Assembly (NCBI GenBank): GCA_951406725.2
Contig: OX597814.1
Span: 95,728,001 to 95,792,000 of the forward strand
Reading direction: 5' to 3'
Length of the DNA stretch: 64,000 nt
Origin: Octopus vulgaris
Lineage: Eukaryota
The translations under genes and the position numbers were made by a program. This document shows, piece by piece, positions 25,807-36,850 of this stretch. The notes beneath the pieces were generated by a model. The model was not told the DNA's origin, ran no database searches, and worked only from the letters and a program-made list of their open reading frames with translations. Every line of letters begins with the position of its first letter. Position 1 is the stretch's first letter.

Positions 25807-26609
25807 CTATGCAATTTTCAGAGACAAAGAAAGTTAAGATGCTGCATAGCAAAACGCTGAAACGAAACAAATATTTGGGGTTGGCTTTTATTTAGAAAAT
25901 ATATTTCTTACATGACTATGGAAAAAATGGATATGTAAATGAATATATTACATGTAAAGTTCTGATCAGAAAGTAAGTAGTCAATTCTATCAGAGAAATG
26001 AGTAAGAATAAGAAAAGGGAAATCAGTGAAGTTCGAAGTAATCAATTAAGAGCAAAATGAAGTCAAACTGAATGTTACCATCCATCAACTGCAAATATTC
26101 AATATGTTCATGGACATGAATACTGACTTTCCTTTTATATTTATCAAATGCATTGAACAATAATCATTATGATTATCACCAAACATCCACTTTTCTATTC
26201 TTGCATGGGTTGGATGGTATTTGTTGAGGTGGAATTTCAACAGCTGGATGCTCTTCCTATCACCAAACCTCACTTGTTTCCAAGTAAAGTAATACTCCCC
26301 CCATCATCAGACATGTTTTCATGGAAGATTGGAAATGAAGGCCACCACTAGTATGACAGACAAACTAGTGTGTGAAATCAAGCAAGGAGGGAGCAACACA
26401 CACATACTCAAACACATGCGATTTATGTATGCATATATAAATATATATATATTCATATGTATCCAGCCATAGAAACCATGCCAAAATAGACATGGAATCT
26501 GAACAGCCCTTCAGCTTCATTCAAACCATCTAACCCATGTCAGCATGGAAAATGGACGTTAAATGATGATGATGATAACTATGATATATACTCCCCCAAC
26601 GCACATATA

Positions 26610-26762
26610 TATGATGGGCTTCTTTCAGTTTCCACCTACCAAAATCCACTCACAAGGTTTTGATCAACCTGATGCTATAGTAGAAGACATTTGCACAATG
26701 TGTCACACAGTGGAACTGAACCCAAGACCATATGGTTGGGAAACAAGCTTTTTACCAAACTG
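26610..26762 (-). mobile_element. SINE family A 5' half (inverted)
   Basis: Reverse complement of head and core. Confidence 0.75.
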
Positions 26763-27204
26763 CCATTTCTGAACCTAACTATTGTTGGTTATTTCCAACA
26801 GTCCAATCACATTCTGAAATCAAGCTGTCCAAAGCACAAAAATGCAAATTAAATTATCAACCTTGGTAAATGCTGAACTTATGATGTTTATAGAGCAGTT
26901 GAATATTATGTGCCCTTGACCGGGGAAGTAAATCACATGCAAACGACCTATCACAAAGATTCTCTTTTTCTCACACATTAAAAACTGAGAAGGAACATGA
27001 TCACATTCTTGAAGCTTTCTAATATTTCAATTTCTTTCAGTTCTTCTGATTAACACTATGTTGTGCCATAAAATATATATTATTTGATTAATGAAAATTA
27101 TTAAAAGTATAATATGCAGATTAAGCTATCCACTAGAATAACAGCTTAATTTCTGACTGCCTTATATAGCAGATTATATATATATATATATATTTACCCT
27201 TCTC

Positions 27205-28970
27205 AGTTTTCAGAGTAGGCACTGTAAATGTAGGCACATTGAAAGGTAGGGCTAACGAGATTATAGAGATGCTTGAACGGAGATGTTTTGATGTATGTTG
27301 CGTACAAGAGGTAAGGTGGAGAGGAGCTTTAGCCAGAGTCCTCACAGGCAAAGCATATAGGTATAAACTCATCTGGGAAGGTAACAGTGATGAAATAGGG
27401 GGCATGGGCATACTTCTTGCAGAGAAATGGGTGGATAAGGTCATAGAAGTCAAAGTGTGCAATAGAGTACTTAAACTCAGGCTAGTCTTGAAGAATGGTA
27501 TAGCTACAATTATCTCTGCCTATGCCTCACAAGCAGGCTTACCAAATGAACAGAAGGATCACTTTTATGATATTCTTCTGCAGGTTATCTCAAAGACAAG
27601 TGACAATGATCTCATCTTTATGGCTGGAGATTTTAATGGGTATCTTCTAGAGTTAACATAGCAAAAACTAAAGACTTAGTAAATAGGAAGGCTGTCAAAT
27701 CAGAAACCCTGCTACGCAGATGGCCCTGCTTGATCTGTAGAAAAAGTGAGGGTAGAAACTTCATAAAATGTACCAGGTGCAGCAATATGAAAGGAAGGTT
27801 AACTGGGAAGATATTTTTTGTGTATGGCAGATGTACAGGGGAACTACACACTGAAGATGTACAGAAAACAGATTCCATCACATGCCAGAGGGACCAAAGA
27901 ACTGAAGTATTTTGGATTGCAAGACAGTGAGAAAAAATCATGATGTCATCCACCACCTACAGACTAAGTCTGTAGTGGGGGTGGATGCTGAGAGTGTAGC
28001 GGCTAGAATATGTATAGCCTGGGCAAAATTCAGAGAGCTGGCAATTAAGGGTCTCTCACTCAGGATGAAAGGTAGACTGTATGATGCATGTGTGCAAACT
28101 GCCATGCTACACGACAGTGAAACATGAGGCATGACTGCCGAGGACATGCATAGGCTTGAAAGAAATGTAGCTAGTATGATCTGCTGGATGTGTAATGTCA
28201 GTGTGCATACACAACAAAGTGTGAGTACCCTGAAAGAAATGTTGGACATAAGAAGCATTAAATGTGTTGTGCAAGAGAGACGACTGTGCTGGTATGGTCA
28301 TGTGTTGTGTATGGATGAGGACAGTTGTGTGAGGAAGTGCCATATCCTAACTGTGGAAGGAACCTGTGGAAGAGGTAGACCTAGGAAGATATGGGACGAG
28401 GTGGTGAAGAATGACCTTTGAACATTGGGCCTCACTGAGGCAATGACAGGAGATCAAGACTTTTGGAGATATGCTGTGATTTTGAAGATTCAGGAACTAA
28501 AATGAGATCACAGCTATGGTCGATGCCAGTTTAAAAGTACACTTCTGTCGGGCAATATGATGTGCTTGAGAAGACATGTTGAGTCAAAATTAATATCATA
28601 GCTGTAAGCCAGTGCTGCTTGCCTGGCTTCCATGCCGGTGGCACATAAAAAGCACCAACCAAACATGGTCAATGCCAGTGCCCCCCCCCCCCCCCGACTG
28701 GCTCCTGTGCCAGTGGTACATAAAATGCACAATCCAAAAGTGCTCGATGCCAGGTCTTCCTGACTGGCTCCTGTGCAGGTGGCACGTAAAAAGCACCATC
28801 TGAACATGGTTGATGCCAATGGCTCCCAACTAGCTCCCGTGCCGGTGGCATGTAAAAAGCATCCACTACACTCTCCTTGCCAGATCAGATTGGAACCTTT
28901 TCAGACCTCAGTTAAATTGTCCAAACCATGCCAGCATGTTAAACGATATTAAACAATGAACATGATGAAA
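27205..28970 (+). mobile_element. RTE-clade LINE, internally deleted and degenerate: APE endonuclease, Cys-rich finger, C-terminal region, repeat-bearing 3' UTR
   Basis: RVGTVNVGTL...DVCCVQEVRWRG...IISAYA...MAGDFNG (AP-like endonuclease); WPCLIC...KCTRC; AWAKFREL, RLCWYGHV, GRGRPRKIWDEVV (RTE C-terminus). The RT core is missing. Ends in a decayed (GAT)n-type tail. Confidence 0.9.
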
Positions 28971-29058
28971 CAGGCGAGTCTGTTTGTAGGCTTTATCGAT
29001 TATGACTCACACACACACACACACACAACATAAGCAGGAGGAAATAGATAAGCTAGGT

Positions 29059-29127
29059 ACTCAACAATTCGTGGCTATCTAAAGTTGTATCAAGCACTCA
29101 ACAATTGGTGGCTATCTGAAGTTGCAT
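29059..29127 (+). repeat. 37-bp tandem duplication
   Basis: ACTCAACAATT(C/G)GTGGCTATCT(A/G)AAGTTG at 29059 and 29096. Confidence 0.85.
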
Positions 29128-29423
29128 AAAAAACTTCTCCCACAGAAACTCAGGTTAGGAACAAACAGATCATCATTAAGATTTACTTCTGTCATAGTAT
29201 AAATAAAGTAAGAGTGGAGTTTATGGTATAATGCTTATTTCATGGTTTACAACTGTTTCAACAACTTAAGATGACCAATCACACAAGTCTCTAGACATTA
29301 ATGATTATGATTTAGTCATGCATATTTATGAAATGTATATGTAATAGCACTGAAAGTTGTTTCTTCAGAACCACCAATCAGTTCTGAGGAAACATCTACC
29401 AGTGCTATTTTAAATAAAATATA

Positions 29424-29874
29424 GGCGTAAGAGTGGCTGTGTGGTAAGTAGCTTGCTTATGAACTACATGGTTCCGGGTTCAGTCCCACTGTGTGGCACC
29501 TTGGGCATGTGTCTTCTACTATAGCCTTGGGCCGACCAAAGCCTTGTGAGTGGATTTGGTAAATGGAAACTGAAAGAAGCCTTGTCGTATGTATGTATGT
29601 ATAATAATATTAGGGAGTATATATTTTATATATATATATGTATGAATATATATCTATATATATATATGTATGTGTGTGTGTATATGTTTGTCCCCCCAAC
29701 ATCGCTTGACAACCGATGCTGGTGTGTTTACGTCCCCGTAACTCAGCGGTTCGGCAAAAGAGACCGATAGAATAAGCACTAGGCTTACAAAGAATAAGTC
29801 CTGTGGTCGATGTGCTCAACTAAAGACGGTGCTCCAGCATGGCCACAGTCAAATGACTGAAACAAGTAAAAGAG
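29424..29874 (+). mobile_element. tRNA-derived SINE family A, full length
   Basis: A box TGGCTGTGTGG, B box GGTTCAGTCCC, central (TA/TG)n, 3' GGTGCTCCAGCATGGCCACAGTCAAATGACTGAAACAAGTAAAAGA; more than 10 related copies in the window. Confidence 0.9.
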
Positions 29875-30519
29875 TATATGGAAGATCCAAAAGGCTCCAG
29901 TGCCAAATTTATAGCAAGAAAGCAATGCCAGATCTTAAATGGCCACATAGTACCAAAAGGCCCTTCCTCTCCATCTAGTGAACAGACCCAATACTGTAAC
30001 AGCTTAGTCCTTCAATGGTCTACAACTTTTATTGAGTACTCTCCATACATATCTTTTACTCTCCTACCACCACCTCTCAAATACTTATTTCTGGTTTTTC
30101 TTTCGTCATTCCCTCTCCAAATTTAAATTTACTGCGTACAAAGCACCCTCACCAGCAACTGTTCTCACTGTTAAATAGTTGGCTGAAGGAGCAGAGAAAG
30201 TGTGGGATTATGAGGCCATTCTATACCTGTCTCAATAAGGATTATTCAATATTTTTAGTGTTGGTTCCATGAGAAAATACATGTAGTACACTCTGTAATG
30301 TAGTTGGCATTATGAAGGGTATCCAGTCACAGAAATTAAGCAAAATATCAGGTAGGTATGAGCACCTTGTCTTTGGAGGCAGTAACCCCCAATGGGAGGT
30401 GATTTTGACTATGTTGACTGCCCAACCCATACCAGCATGGAAAGCTAACATAAAATGATGATGATGATAGATACATATACACACAAAAACACACATGGTT
30501 ATAAGCATCTCAAGTTTCA

Positions 30520-30551
<32 letters not shown>

Positions 30552-31699
30552 CAAACACACACGTGTATACATACACACACAAGAAAAAAATCACCATGCT
30601 TGTTAAGGGTCAAATGGAATTTCTATCATTAATAAAGCTATATGCATTTTTGACAAAATATGCATGTTGGTATGTGTGTGTGTGTGTGTGTATGTGTGTG
30701 TGTGAGAGAGAGAGTGTGTGTGTGTGTGTGAGAGCACATGCAAAACAAGGTGGAGAAAATAGTACTCAAATGTCAAAAGTAGAGTAAAACAGTGTTTTAT
30801 TAAAACTGAAAAGATTTCACAAAACTGAGAGAAGCCCTTAGTATGTGTGTGTCTGTTTGTCCCCCACCACCACCCATCCCCATAACCTAGCAGTTCAACA
30901 AAAAATTTCAATGATGTGATTGTTTATTTTTAGATGACATTATAGGATGTGTGAGAGGCAAGATCTGGCCACTTTGAACAGAATATTTTAAACTGAATAA
31001 GGTCAGTGTTAATGCTAAAGAGTTAAACTGGCCATAGCCAGCCAAAATATTCTACGTGTTTTATGTTCACACTGGCCAGATCTGGCCTCTCACACCAACC
31101 TGACAATATCATTCTAAAAATTAATGGTTACCTCATCAAAGATAATGCATGATTAATAAATAGGTATTACTTTTGACAGAATAATGTGAATGCTAAAGGG
31201 TCAAATGTTTATTTCCTGAGTTACTAAATAATTATCACTGTACTGTTTATAAACCTTTATAAACTGTCTAACTGTTCAAAATACTCACAGGTGTCTGATG
31301 ACAGGTTATGTGAAACACTTGAGTTTGAATGTATATTTCTGGTAGGTCTAAAATAACGAAGGTATTCAATTTGATGAGATTATTTCCCCTGCATTTTTAT
31401 ATTCATGTAATTAATGTTTGTTAGATTCAATCTTTAATTTGTAGTTTTAAATAGCTTTTATTCAATGAAATCTAAATTGTCAATAGTAAAATTGCAAAAG
31501 AAGTGAAGGGCAATTGGATTTGAAAACAATAAGTCTAAAAACAGTACAAAATGTCTTCTTTCATATGAACTTCAACAAAAACAAAAGAAAATATGATTCT
31601 TTCTGGCAGAAGAGATCAGACACGAGCACAAGAATCCACTTGCAGCAGAGACTCCAGAGCAAAATCACAGGAGACTGAGTTTTCTTACTACTGGAGTGT

Positions 31700-32325
31700 T
31701 ACATTATAAACCCTTCTGAGCTCTGTCATTCCAGCAAGTGCAAGAGTTTTATAACCACCAATGAGCTATGTCATTACAATTACTAGGGTTGCATTATTGC
31801 AAATCCCATTAAGTTACTTCATTACAACCACATCTCTATTGTGGTCACTGCAACCACCACTTAGGTATTTCAATACAACCAAAAGTGTATATATGAAAAC
31901 TGAGCCATTACAACCATCACAACTGATCCGTTTCTTTAAAATCACTAAAGTTTTATCATTGCCACTATTACTAAGCTATTTCATTACAACCACCACTGGG
32001 TTTGGTCATTACAAGGACTTGTAAGATTTTGTTACTATAAACAGAGAGATGTTTCATTACAACTGTAACTTAACTGTATCATTATAACCAATACTTGTCT
32101 GTGTCATTACAACCCTCACCGAACTATTTCACAGGAATCAAAACTAAGTCATGTCATTACAGCCACAACTGAGATTTCAACTACCTGTACTGTCACATTA
32201 CAATCAACATTCATATGTGTCATTAAAACACTGCTGAGGTAGTCCACCAGAGCCATTTCTAAACTATTTCAATACAGCCAGCTTAGGTGGATTATTACAA
32301 ACACAACTGGGTAATGTCGTATTAG
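31700..32325 (+). repeat. Degenerate 25-bp-period tandem array (TCATTACAACC core)
   Basis: Core recurs at 31819, 31845, 31870, 31956, 31981, 32006, 32054, 32079, 32104, 32129, 32154 and beyond. Confidence 0.8.
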
Positions 32326-32547
32326 CAACAACAGCACTATATTTCCCTGTTTGATAAAATTTAATTTTCCTAATAAAACCATTTATTAAATATTTCAAAG
32401 TTATTCCCTGATTTTTGATAAATGTTTAAGTTACTTTGCTGCTTGCATTTCATTTTACATTATTTTACAAGTTTATATCTTTACAAAGTCATTTAAAGAC
32501 ACAGTGGACGTCAACTCGTATACAAAAGGAGAGCATATACATCTTTA

Positions 32548-32945
32548 TATTCTACTTGTTTCAGTCATTGTACTGTAGCCATGCTGGGGCACCACTTTAA
32601 AGGGGCTTTCGTCAAACAAATCAACTCCAGTACTTATTTATATTTAAGCCTGGTACTAATTCTATTGGTCTCTTTTGCCAAACTGCTAAGTTATGATGAC
32701 ATAAACAAACCAACAGTTTGTCAAGCAGTAGTGGAGAACAAACAAAGAGACACAGATATATACATACATATTCATACACACACAACAGGCTTCTCTCAGT
32801 TTTCATCTACCAAATCCACTCACAAGACTTTGGTCAGCCCAAAGCTATAGTAGAAGACACTTGTTCAAGGTGTCACATAGTGGGACTGAACCCAGAACCC
32901 TGTACTTGGGAAGCAAGCTTTTTACCACACAGCCTTGCCTGTGCC
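32548..32945 (-). mobile_element. SINE family A (inverted)
   Basis: Full reverse-complement copy. Confidence 0.85.
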
Positions 32946-33037
32946 TATATATAAAAACAAACATGCACATACACACATCTATCTATTTATATCTCTATCT
33001 ATAGATATATACAGATATAGTCAACAGAAGAGAAGCT

Positions 33038-33228
33038 ATGCATCAGTCCAGAAGTGTTTTCCATTGTTCGAAGCAGTCTTGGAACTCTTGCGAAGTGATG
33101 CCTTTTAACACTTCTGTTGTTTTTCTCTTCACCTCTTCCGCATCTGCAAAACATTTTCCTTTCAGGACTTTTTTCATTTGGGGGAACAAAAAAAAGTTTC
33201 AGGGAGCAAGATCAAGTGAATATGGAGA
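33038..33228 (-). mobile_element. mariner transposase C-terminal fragment
   Basis: PYSLDLAP.NFFLFP..KKVLKGKCFADAEEVK...FQDCFEQW. Confidence 0.75.
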
Positions 33229-33348
33229 TGCCATGGTATGAAAGTGTAGGTACAGGAAGTGGTCAAACTCTGGATAAGGAGTAGACAACCACCATACATA
33301 TATATATATATGCATAGAGATATATACATATAGATATATATATACATA

Positions 33349-33382
<34 letters not shown>

Positions 33383-33419
33383 TACGTACATATACATATT
33401 CATATATACATACATATAC

Positions 33420-33450
<31 letters not shown>

Positions 33451-33644
33451 TACGTACATATACATATTCATATATACATACATATACATATTCATATATA
33501 CATACATATAAATATTCATATATACATACATATACATATTCATTTATATATATATATACATACATATAGATATACAAATATACACATACATATAGATTAA
33601 CCCATGCCAGCATGGAAAACGGGTGTTAAACGATGATGATGATG

Positions 33645-33675
<31 letters not shown>

Positions 33676-34102
33676 TTGGGTTGCCAACTAAGTTGGTGCC
33701 ATTTAAAAAAATTTTATAGTCTATTGTTTTTCAAGATTTCGATTTTTGAATCATTTTTTAATGTATTTTATTTTTTTAGTTAGTTTTAGTTAATTTTTGT
33801 TTATTTTCAGATCATTAAGATGGAATGTCAAGTTAAGAAAAATGAGCATTTTCGACACCTCCTTTTTGCTTTTAATCAAGGTTCTAAGGCCGCAAAAGCT
33901 GCTTGCGACATTTGTGCTGTTTATAGAGAGGGTGCCATAGCTGAAAGAACTGCTCGTGATTGGTATGCCAAGTTCAAAAATGGAATTTTTACCTCAAAGA
34001 CGCACCTCATTCTGGCGTCCAGTTGAGTTTGATGAAAAGCGATCAAACCAACTTTTGCATGAAAATTCTCGTCAAACGACAAGGGAAGTGGCAGAGAAAA
34101 TG
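33676..34102 (+). mobile_element. mariner 5' fragment (TIR and HTH region)
   Basis: TA|TTGGGTTGCCAACTAAGT TIR; MECQVKKNEHFRHLLFAFNQG...WYAKFKNG...LKDAPHSG.PVEFDE...TTREVAEKM. Confidence 0.88.
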
Positions 34103-34134
34103 TATACATACATATATATATATATATATATACA

Positions 34135-34170
<36 letters not shown>

Positions 34171-34636
34171 CACACACACATATGTGTGTGTCCCCGTCCC
34201 CACCTAACATCGCTTTACAACCAATGCTGGTGTGTTTATGTACCCGTGCCTTAGCAGTTCGGCAAAAGAGACCGATAGAATAAGTACTAGGCTTACAAAG
34301 AATAAGTCCTGGGATCAATTTGCTCGACTAAAGGTGGTGCTCCAGCATGGCCACAGTCAAAAATGACTAAAAAATGAAAAAGAATAAAAGAATATATATA
34401 TATATATATATATAGACATTGATATATATCCATACATATACATATATAAATATATATTTACATACATATATATATATACACATACACATATATTTAAATA
34501 TATATACTCAGTGTGTGACACTCAAATTGTACACATAAGACAACTGAATATCGTCATATGTACTACATACTGCTCACCAGATGCCCCAAATCACACAGGC
34601 ATGTTTGAAGACTGCCTAACAAAAATAGAACATTTC

Positions 34637-35262
34637 GGATCTTTTCCTTTTGAACAGCAGACAATTTCTAGTTAACTAAACACTTTAAAACTTCGTATAC
34701 TGGTAGAATGTGTCAAAATAAAACGTTTTTTTCTCTCTTGGCTTTCTTGAGAAAATTGCAATTTGTTTGTTTAAAATAGTTTAATTTTTCGAATTTTAAC
34801 CAATCCTATGCTGTCTTTTGAGCTAAAATCATTTGCTGCGTCTAAAACTGAGACAACATCCTGTAACTAATCCTAAACCTCCCCTCTAACTCTAATTTTT
34901 TTTCTTAATTGTTAAACTAATTTAATTGTTACGCGTGTAAAAAAAAACTAAAGCAATGGAATTAAATTAATTTAACAATTAAGAAAAAAAGTTAGGGTTA
35001 GGGGGGAGGTTTAGGGTTAGTTACAGGATGTTGTCTGTTTTAGACGCAGCAAATGATTTTAGTTGAATGGAGGTAATCGATTGGTTAAAATTGCTGAAAT
35101 GCTCAGATTTTCAGACGAAATATCTTACAAACTATAGAATTTTCTCAATAAAACCAAAAGAAAATGATGTTTTATAAACACATTCTACCAGTATACGAAG
35201 TTTAAAAGTGTTTAGTTAACTAGAAATTGTGTTGACATCTGCCGTTCAAAAGGAAAAGATCC
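34637..35262. mobile_element. Foldback-like non-autonomous DNA transposon (Merlin-like), 626 bp
   Basis: Long TIRs GGATCTTTTCCTTTTGAAC...GTTCAAAAGGAAAAGATCC extending over much of the element; 8-bp TSD AACATTTC at 34629-34636 and 35263-35270. GG ends with an 8-9 bp TSD fit Merlin, but the superfamily is inferred. Confidence 0.85.
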
Positions 35263-35270
35263 AACATTTC

Positions 35271-35789
35271 TACATTTAAGAGATGAGGAATTATGTACAT
35301 TATTTACATTCGACAGATATTTGTCACCATCTTGTTTGTTGTTGATACACACTCCAGCCTTTTTCAGGTGTCTTGGGGAAATTTCAAACCTGGGTTCTCA
35401 TTCCTAAGGTATTTTTTGATATTATTATTATTATTGTTATTGTTCAGGTCACTGCTTGGAATTGAACTCGGAATCTTGGGGTTAGTAGCCTGCGCTCTTA
35501 ACCACTATGCCATATGCCTGTGGGCAATTATGGAGTGAATTTTAGGGCTTATAAATCTAATATTTTTCTATCCTTCCTTAATACTGGTTCCCATATGCTA
35601 CTCATATTTGCACTCGGTCTGCTTAGGAGGTTGTTGTATCCTAGCATATGTGCTGCTTCTTTTAGTTTTCGTATTTTCCAGTGGTGTTCTCTGTCTATTA
35701 TTTTAACTTCATCCCACAGGGGGAGTTGATCTCCGTTTTTCCATACATGGTCAGCTATACCCAATTTATCAATATCTCCCCGTGTCACA
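35271..35789 (-). mobile_element. Penelope-like element 3' end (GIY-YIG C-terminal tail and 3' terminal region)
   Basis: GIADHVWKNGDQLPLWDEVKIIDREHHWKIRKLKEAAHM is the characteristic tail of Penelope-type GIY-YIG endonucleases; stop at 35549. Confidence 0.78.
35446..35518 (-). other. tRNA-derived module (Pol III A/B boxes), not a functional tRNA
   Basis: GGCATATGGCATAGTGGTTAAGAGCGCAGGCTACTAACCCCAAGATTCCGAGTTCAATTCCAAGCAGTGACCT. A box TGGCATAGTGG, B box GAGTTCAATTCC; acceptor and anticodon stems pair poorly; followed by an (AAT)n-like run. Confidence 0.7.
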
Positions 35790-36830
35790 TCTTTGAAATC
35801 CAGACTATTGCAGTACTGTGTCCTTATTTTAGATAGGGAAGACAGTACCTTCGGTATGATGCAGTGCCGTCCAGTTTGAAGATTGGTATAGCTATCAATT
35901 CCAAAATTGGGAGCTAATCGCTCCAAGATCCTCCAAATATAAATCACTGCACATCTCTCTCGTCTTCTCTCCAGGAAATAGAGACTCAACTCCTTTAGCC
36001 TCTCCCAGTAGCCCATCTTTTGCATCAAGTAAATCTTCTTTGTGTATTGGCACTGGATTGCTTTGAGCTCCACAGTTTGCTTCACACTCTCTGGGGACCA
36101 TAGTTGAGAGCAGTAGTCCAAGTGGCTGAGAATGAAAGTCTTCCATAGAAGTAGCAGGAACTCCCTTTTCCTGGTTCTGAATGTCTTCAAAATCCATCCA
36201 GCCACTCGCCTGCAGTGTTGCCATCTTGGTAATATGCACATGGAATGTTGCATCATTGCTCAGGTGAACCCCCAGGTCATGCACTGACTCTGAGATTGCA
36301 TTACTTTCTGGACCAGTGTATTCCGATCTTAGCCAGGTGTTGGACCGATAGTGGAGTGCCTGAAAGTTTCCCCGTAATACCAGGTTTTTGCAGTTTATGA
36401 CATATCGTGCCATGATCAACCTTGTCAAAGGCTTTGGCAAACTTGAGGTATATCATGTCTACAGCTGACTGGTTTAGCTTTGCTTCAGAACCCAAAGTGC
36501 TGCAGAAATGTGTGAGGCAGCTCCTCACTGGAAGAAAGCCATGTTGCATGTTTGTGAGAAGGTTGTTTTCTTCTAGGAACATGATCAGCCCTTTTCTGAC
36601 AATACGTTCCATTGTCTTGCTAACATATGAAGTCAGTGAGATGGGCCTGTAGCTTTTAGCATCTGCTCTGCTCCCTCCTTTATGGACAGGGCTTATTATA
36701 CCCTCTTTAACATGATGGGAAGTTTGCCACATGCAAGGAAACAATGAAAGAGTATCGGCAGTGGCTTTCCATGAGTCTTCTTACATGTCGTTAAGAGAAC
36801 AGCAGGGAGTCCATTTGAGCTTGTTGCTGA
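35790..36830 (-). mobile_element. CR1/L2-group LINE reverse transcriptase fragment with internal deletion
   Basis: PVHKGGSRADAKSYRPISLTS, QHGF..RSCLT, DMIYL.FAKAFDKVDH; then DLGV, SHLDYCSQLWSP, YWERLKELSL.FLERRRER. The YADD region is absent. Confidence 0.88.
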
Positions 36831-36850
36831 GTTTGATCTCCTTTCATCAA

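Noticed and set aside
27239-27661. Host gene resembling craniofacial development protein 2
   Set aside because: It is the APE endonuclease of a decayed RTE LINE, contiguous with other RTE fragments.
31283-31328. Hammerhead ribozyme (CTGATGA...GAAAC)
   Set aside because: Core words are present inside a hairpin, but stem II does not pair and no stem I/cleavage-site geometry can be drawn.
31700-32325. CRISPR-like repeat-spacer appearance
   Set aside because: Eukaryotic context, only an 11-nt degenerate core, ~14-nt mutually related linkers and no cas genes.
33820-34102. SETMAR-like host gene
   Set aside because: Frameshifted, truncated mariner transposase next to its TIR, with no SET domain.
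35446-35518. Functional tRNA gene
   Set aside because: Acceptor and anticodon stems do not pair properly. It is a tRNA-derived repeat module, like the SINE heads.
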